The translations under genes and the position numbers were made by a program. A DNA stretch of 11,868 bases from Oligoflexales bacterium (GTDB taxonomy: Bacteria; Bdellovibrionota_B; Oligoflexia; Oligoflexales; RGVZ01). Below the pieces are notes generated by a model. It did not search any database. It was not told the DNA's origin and worked only from the letters and a program-made list of their open reading frames with translations. This document shows, piece after piece, positions 7,374 to 11,868 of this stretch. Numbering within the stretch: the stretch's first letter is position 1; each line of letters opens with the position of its first letter. Where the stretch lies: positions 1 through 11,868 of the forward strand of contig JBIIGV010000088.1 in the NCBI GenBank assembly GCA_044236265.1, read 5' to 3'.

Positions 7374-8018
7374 ATGGCGGCAGGTATGAAGCACGATCTG
7401 ACACTCTATCATTATTGGCGATCCAGCTGTTCGTGGCGTGTTCGTTGGTCACTGCACCACAAAGGAATCCACTTCAACGATGTGCCCGTAAATCTTTTAC
7501 AAGGAGAGCAAAGCAGTCCGGAGTATTTACGTAAAAATCCCGGTGGCTATGTGCCCGCTATTGAAATCGATGGCAGAATTTTCGGCGAATCATTGGCAAT
7601 ACTCGAATGGCTAGAAGAGGAATACCCTGAAAAACCACTTCTGCCAAAAAACTCTCTCGATCGTCTGCGTGTTCGCCAGATATGTCAGTTGATCGTCAGC
7701 GGAATTCAGCCGGTGCAAAATCTCGCTGTCCTCAAGCGTTACAGCAGTGATCCCAATGCACAAGCAGCCTGGGCTAAAGAGTGGATCTCGGCTGGACTTA
7801 TCAAGTTGGAAACCTTACTTCAAACGACTGCTAAGACCTTTTGCTTTGGTGACTCTCTTTCCATTGCCGATCTTTGCTTGGTACCACAGATTTATAATGC
7901 AAAGAGGTTTAATGTGGACCTTACCAGCTTGCCTGTAGTTTCAAGAATCAATGAAACATGCCTGAAGCTACCAGCTTGCGAGGCGGCTGCTCCCCACAAC
8001 CAAAAAGGCGCATCCTAG
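7374..8018 (+). CDS. maiA: Maleylacetoacetate isomerase (zeta-class glutathione S-transferase)
   Basis: YWRSSCSWRVR signature, NP.G.VP, ES.AI.E.LEE, GIQP.QNL, ADLCLVPQ.YNA.RF. AGGGG ribosome-binding site upstream. Confidence 0.9.
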   Translation: MAAGMKHDLTLYHYWRSSCSWRVRWSLHHKGIHFNDVPVNLLQGEQSSPEYLRKNPGGYVPAIEIDGRIFGESLAILEWLEEEYPEKPLLPKNSLDRLRVRQICQLIVSGIQPVQNLAVLKRYSSDPNAQAAWAKEWISAGLIKLETLLQTTAKTFCFGDSLSIADLCLVPQIYNAKRFNVDLTSLPVVSRINETCLKLPACEAAAPHNQKGAS

Positions 8019-8020
8019 AT

Positions 8021-10459
8021 TCAGTGACCGCTGGAGGGCTTGCCCGCTTGACCAGACTTGGCAAGGTTGATCAGATCTTCGACCACGGTGTCGATATGAA
8101 TCTGACTCTTTCCATCCGGGATGTTGTACCAGCGTTTATAATAAAAATAATTGCGAAGAATCAGCTTCACATAGGAGCGAGTTTCTTTGTAGGGAATGCG
8201 CTCAATGAATGTGAGCCAATCATCTGAAGCAATGGTTTTCTGCCACTTGACGGTTGCGGCAGGGCTTGCGTTGTAAGCCGTCAGCGCAAACACTGGTGAC
8301 TTATAAGTTTTCATGAGACGCCAAAGATGATGAACGCCTAAAGTCACATTAATTTCAGGGTCACGCAGCGACGACTCATTACCAAGTGCCTGCAATATTG
8401 CACTACGCCCCTCACCATCTATGTAGTCGCCAGAAAGCTTATTTGCCTCTAGTTTTGCTGTACTTGGCATCAATTGCATCAATCCTGTTGCACCAACGGG
8501 TGACGTAGCATCAGGAGCAAAAACTGACTCTTGGCGCATCAGGGCGAACACAAAATCCGGATCCATGTCTAGTTTTTCAGCTTTGGTTTTGACGATGTCA
8601 ACATACTTTCTCGGGAAGAGAACCCTCTCGAATCCAACAGGCAAGCCATTGCGGACACTACGCGGAATAACATCGAAGATTTTGATAGCATCAAGCCAGG
8701 AACCGCTCGCGTGCAATAGCAGCGTTCGAATTAACATTGTCTCGTAGTCGGTCTCTGATGCCGCAACGAGTTCCTCCACCTCGCAGCGAGCCTTCGCAGG
8801 GAATCCAGCTCTTAAAAAGGCCACTGCTCTCCTGGAGGCCTTTTTGTTTTCTGCACTAAGGGGAAACTCCAGTTCCGCAAAGTTAAATCCACTAACGCGG
8901 GACGGCTCTAATGCAAAACTCTGCCCAGATGTTTGCTCAAGAAGATAATGACCCATTGCACCATAGAACGTGCTGTAATATTCGCCTGCCAAACGGCGCC
9001 AAATGTCCTTTGCCAAATCTACGCGACCAAGATGCAATTGCGCACGCCCAAGCCAAAACATTGTAAACGCTGTCAGTCCGACGGGACGCTTATCCATATG
9101 GACTTTCGACTGATCCGCCATAAATTTTTCAAGAGGAACAAGCATTTCCTTCCACTGTTTTTTGGCCGCAAAATTGACCACTAGACTATTGAAAGCCAGC
9201 TCAAAATCCTCTTCCGTAGGAAATCGATCTACGTAATTTGCAAAAAACTTTGACGCATGGTCGAGATCACTCTGATCTTCCGCAACTTTTCCCTGCATAT
9301 AAATAGCTTTGGCGATGACCGCCTGATACTCCGTCGCAGGGGTGGCCTCTTTGATAATCTGCTGCAAAATCTTATTGGCTTCATCGTGCTCTGCCGTCAC
9401 CCACTTTAAGTATCCCTGACGAACTTTAACCCATAGAGCTCCACTTTTTCCGTACGTCTTTTCCATCTTGGGAACCATTCTCTGCCAGAAGGCCACCGAT
9501 GCCGCCCGGCGCTCGGCGCGGTAACAACGTTCAATTTCAGTGCCAGCGTCGACTGCATATTCGAGGCTTTCTTTGGGCAACTGGGTTTCTAAGATTTTTT
9601 GAAACGAATGTTCTGCATCTTTGCATTTTTTCCGTCGTACTTGTCGACCAATATCTAAAAAGATCGTAGACGCCGGCGCACGGGCAAGATCATCTTCCTG
9701 TAACCATGGGAAGCGACGTAGTAGTAGTGGTAGATCCTGAGCGTATGCACGAAATTCCTTGATGACTTCTTGACGCTTTGACTCCGGGATTGACGCAGCT
9801 ATGGACTCCAAATAGCGTCTGCGGTGTGTCATGGATCGATATGATTTAGATTGCCGAATTGCTTCAAGTATTTGCTCTGTGTTCATGCCCGCCAGTTTGT
9901 CTTTAGTCATGGCTGCGACCGTACGCGCCTTAGACGAGCAACTGTTGACCGGTTCCTCTTTAAAGATGCGCTCTGCGAATTCACCTGATTCATCCTGCGC
10001 CCCCGACAACGGCAACCATTCAAGATACAAATCAGCCAACATTGGACTGCGATCACTCGCAGGCTTGCTGAGCTCATTTTTTATTATTTTAGGAACATCT
10101 TTAATCGTTTGTGCGCGAAGGCTATCAAGGGCCGCATTACCAGCGGTACTCGACACAACAGACTTACCCTGGATTTGCTTTGTAACGCCAGCTACGGATG
10201 AGCCTCCTGACTCCAAAACGATTAAGGCTTTTGCCACAGGATCTTTGTCAGTCACCCACACGAGAACCTGATCGCTTGTCATCTCCGCTACGGGTATTAA
10301 GTCCGAATGCGCACGCATCCAAGACTCCAACTCTGGATCAACGGTATCTTTTGGTTTCCCAGAAAAAGGCATCCGAGATGGCAACGTTGCTGCCACGAGA
10401 TCAAGGGAGAAAAAAATGGACGTAAAAAGTGAGAATTTTGCGACTGTCGTTAAAAACAC
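8021..10459 (-). CDS. Soluble lytic murein transglycosylase (Slt70-like) with N-terminal helical/TPR region
   Basis: SLT motifs RQES (catalytic Glu), GATGLMQLMP.TA, AYNA, IPYKETRSYVK, preceded by FPRKY. GTG at 10459 follows AGGAG and gives a signal-peptide-like N-terminus. The ORF-track start at 10528 lies inside an upstream terminator tail. Confidence 0.9.
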   Translation of the reverse strand: MFLTTVAKFSLFTSIFFSLDLVAATLPSRMPFSGKPKDTVDPELESWMRAHSDLIPVAEMTSDQVLVWVTDKDPVAKALIVLESGGSSVAGVTKQIQGKSVVSSTAGNAALDSLRAQTIKDVPKIIKNELSKPASDRSPMLADLYLEWLPLSGAQDESGEFAERIFKEEPVNSCSSKARTVAAMTKDKLAGMNTEQILEAIRQSKSYRSMTHRRRYLESIAASIPESKRQEVIKEFRAYAQDLPLLLRRFPWLQEDDLARAPASTIFLDIGRQVRRKKCKDAEHSFQKILETQLPKESLEYAVDAGTEIERCYRAERRAASVAFWQRMVPKMEKTYGKSGALWVKVRQGYLKWVTAEHDEANKILQQIIKEATPATEYQAVIAKAIYMQGKVAEDQSDLDHASKFFANYVDRFPTEEDFELAFNSLVVNFAAKKQWKEMLVPLEKFMADQSKVHMDKRPVGLTAFTMFWLGRAQLHLGRVDLAKDIWRRLAGEYYSTFYGAMGHYLLEQTSGQSFALEPSRVSGFNFAELEFPLSAENKKASRRAVAFLRAGFPAKARCEVEELVAASETDYETMLIRTLLLHASGSWLDAIKIFDVIPRSVRNGLPVGFERVLFPRKYVDIVKTKAEKLDMDPDFVFALMRQESVFAPDATSPVGATGLMQLMPSTAKLEANKLSGDYIDGEGRSAILQALGNESSLRDPEINVTLGVHHLWRLMKTYKSPVFALTAYNASPAATVKWQKTIASDDWLTFIERIPYKETRSYVKLILRNYFYYKRWYNIPDGKSQIHIDTVVEDLINLAKSGQAGKPSSGH

Positions 10460-10526
10460 TGGCTCCACTCCTGACCACAAAAGATGGGAGTGGTATCGGA
10501 AGAACCCCAAGGGGCATAAAAAACAC

Positions 10527-10551
10527 AAAAAAGCCCACCTGCGGGGTGGGC
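10527..10551 (-). terminator. Intrinsic terminator after the 223-aa gene
   Basis: Minus strand GCCCACC-CCGCA-GGTGGGC-TTTTTT(GTGTTTTTT). Confidence 0.85.
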
Positions 10552-10609
10552 AAAATCACAGCAGAATTTATCTAAATTTTCTCGTTAACCAAGTGAGGTC
10601 TAACCCCCC

Positions 10610-11281
10610 TCACTTGGACTCAGCTCTGGCACCCAGGCGATTCGAAGATCTGGTCGTCAAAAGTCGCAGGTGACACGATTCGCTCTCATCCATGAGCTGC
10701 TTAAGAGTCGTCTCGAGACCCACAGCCGTACTGGTATCACGCAGAAGGATTTGAGCAGATCCTTTCCAGTCGCCAATAGACATGGCCGCTGTCAGACAAA
10801 CTCCTATATTGCGCATTCTGACCTTCAAATCACGTACCAGCGTCAAATCAATATTACCGGATAACCCCATATCATCCATACGATCCAAAAGCTCGCAAAT
10901 CAGATCCAGGTCCTCACGGACAACTTTTAGCTCTGGCTGAATTTCATTCTGACGAGCCTGCCAAAGGTGGACAGCTAGTGCTTTGATACCACGTAGAATA
11001 GCTCCAGAAAGCGCATGAATCGTGTCTAGGGTCTGGAGAGCTAAGTCTTCAGGACTCTCAACACGAATTTCAATCCGACTGTCTGGATGTAATTGAATAC
11101 CGCCGCCAATTTTAGGCGCGGACCATAAATCAAGGATGTCTCTTCCATCCAAAGTCGCCGACGTTACCGTCTCGCCAACTGGGACCAGGATTTCATCGAT
11201 CCACGCACAGGCCTCAGCCAGTGTTTTTATGGGCACTGGAACCGGGATCGTCTTTTGATTTAAAACTAGCCTTTTGAGCAT
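10610..11281 (-). CDS. Hypothetical protein (small N-terminal alpha/beta domain plus helical bundle)
   Basis: 223-aa ORF, ATG preceded by AAGGTGA, fills the gap between the TPR gene and a terminator. Confidence 0.8.
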   Translation of the reverse strand: MLKRLVLNQKTIPVPVPIKTLAEACAWIDEILVPVGETVTSATLDGRDILDLWSAPKIGGGIQLHPDSRIEIRVESPEDLALQTLDTIHALSGAILRGIKALAVHLWQARQNEIQPELKVVREDLDLICELLDRMDDMGLSGNIDLTLVRDLKVRMRNIGVCLTAAMSIGDWKGSAQILLRDTSTAVGLETTLKQLMDESESCHLRLLTTRSSNRLGARAESK

Positions 11282-11299
11282 ACATCACCTTGAAGAAAC

Positions 11300-11333
11300 C
11301 GGCGGGCGCAAGGTCTACACCAAGCGCCCGCCG
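11300..11333. other. GC-rich intergenic hairpin (terminator, attenuator or stabilising stem-loop)
   Basis: Perfect 10-bp inverted repeat CGGCGGGCGC / GCGCCCGCCG enclosing AA-GGT-CTAC-ACC-AA. Confidence 0.7.
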
Positions 11334-11352
11334 TCTTTTACAATCACATAAA

Positions 11353-11868
11353 TTAGCGGGCGTTAGAGCTTGTTTGAGCTTCGTGGCCACCACGAATTTG
11401 CGCAAGCAACTGATGTGCACGCGCGTCGTTCGGATCGATCGCCAGCATCTGAGTCAACAACATCTCCGCAGCGGTGTTGTTACCGGTCTTGAACTCAATA
11501 CCAGCCAACGAGAACACCATGTTCAAATCCTGCGGTTTTTGAGCGATGTACCGACACAGAGCATCACGAGCATCGTCAAAACTATTGCGATCGAATGCCA
11601 ACTTCACCAGCGTAAACACCGCAGGAGCGTTCATCGGGTTCAAGCGACAAGCATTAGCAACCCACTTGTTCGCCTCGTTGATTTCACCAAGACCCTGGAA
11701 CGCAAGCCCAAGACCAAAGCTGCCCATTTCATCATTTGGAGCAAGACTGACCGCCTTCTGGAAGTGAATGACCGCGCCATCATGACTATTACGAGTAAGT
11801 GCTACCGTTCCAAGACCGATGTGCGCCTTCGCGGAGAATGGATCCAAATTGATAGCACGACTATATGC
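11353..11868 (-). CDS. Tetratricopeptide-repeat protein, 5'-truncated
   Basis: Frame stays open to the window edge (AYSRAINLDPFSAKAHIGLG...). Successive TPR units such as FQKAVSLAPND..SFGLG, ACRLNPMN and LAIDPND. Confidence 0.85.
   Translation of the reverse strand, partial: AYSRAINLDPFSAKAHIGLGTVALTRNSHDGAVIHFQKAVSLAPNDEMGSFGLGLAFQGLGEINEANKWVANACRLNPMNAPAVFTLVKLAFDRNSFDDARDALCRYIAQKPQDLNMVFSLAGIEFKTGNNTAAEMLLTQMLAIDPNDARAHQLLAQIRGGHEAQTSSNAR

Noticed and set aside
10493..10519. Sigma28 promoter for slt (TCCGATAC on the minus strand)
   Set aside because: The -10 resembles GCCGATAA but the expected TAAA -35 is absent (TTAT), so it is too weak to call.
10589..10612. TGA followed by a hairpin as a selenocysteine/readthrough signal
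   Set aside because: An in-frame TAG follows two codons later (TGA GGG GGT TAG), and the stem includes the TGA itself, unlike a bacterial SECIS.
44..11767. Short alternative-frame and antisense ORFs in the ORF track (e.g. 44-472, 3968-4366, 9831-10271, 10416-10673)
   Set aside because: They overlap well-supported genes or terminators and show no recognisable motifs, so they are treated as shadow ORFs.
1..11868. CRISPR arrays, tRNA/rRNA genes, IS elements or prophage genes
   Set aside because: No regularly spaced direct repeats, cloverleaf motifs, transposase or integrase ORFs were seen. Intergenic spaces are short and explained by promoters and terminators.

Overview
Bacterial chromosomal window with roughly balanced GC and compact gene packing. 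Gene content is compatible with a Bdellovibrionota/Oligoflexia-like or deltaproteobacterial organism (inference only). Gene order: 5'-truncated gluzincin (HExxH...NEGFAD) metallopeptidase (+), small outer-membrane beta-barrel (+), membrane fatty acid desaturase (+), bidirectional terminator, a solitary rplX (uL24) (-) lying outside its usual rplN-rplX-rplE context, a divergent tightly packed operon dsbD - receiver-like/patatin phospholipase - sfsA - maiA (+), a convergent large TPR/SLT lytic transglycosylase (-), a 223-aa hypothetical protein (-) and a 5'-truncated TPR protein (-). No CRISPR array, tRNA/rRNA or mobile element was seen. The most interesting points are the orphan rplX with an anti-Shine-Dalgarno motif in its 3' UTR, a 21-bp motif shared by the desaturase and dsbD promoters, a receiver-like domain fused to a patatin, a Q-for-H third histidine box in the desaturase, and related intergenic hairpins. 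None of these alone establishes a new system.
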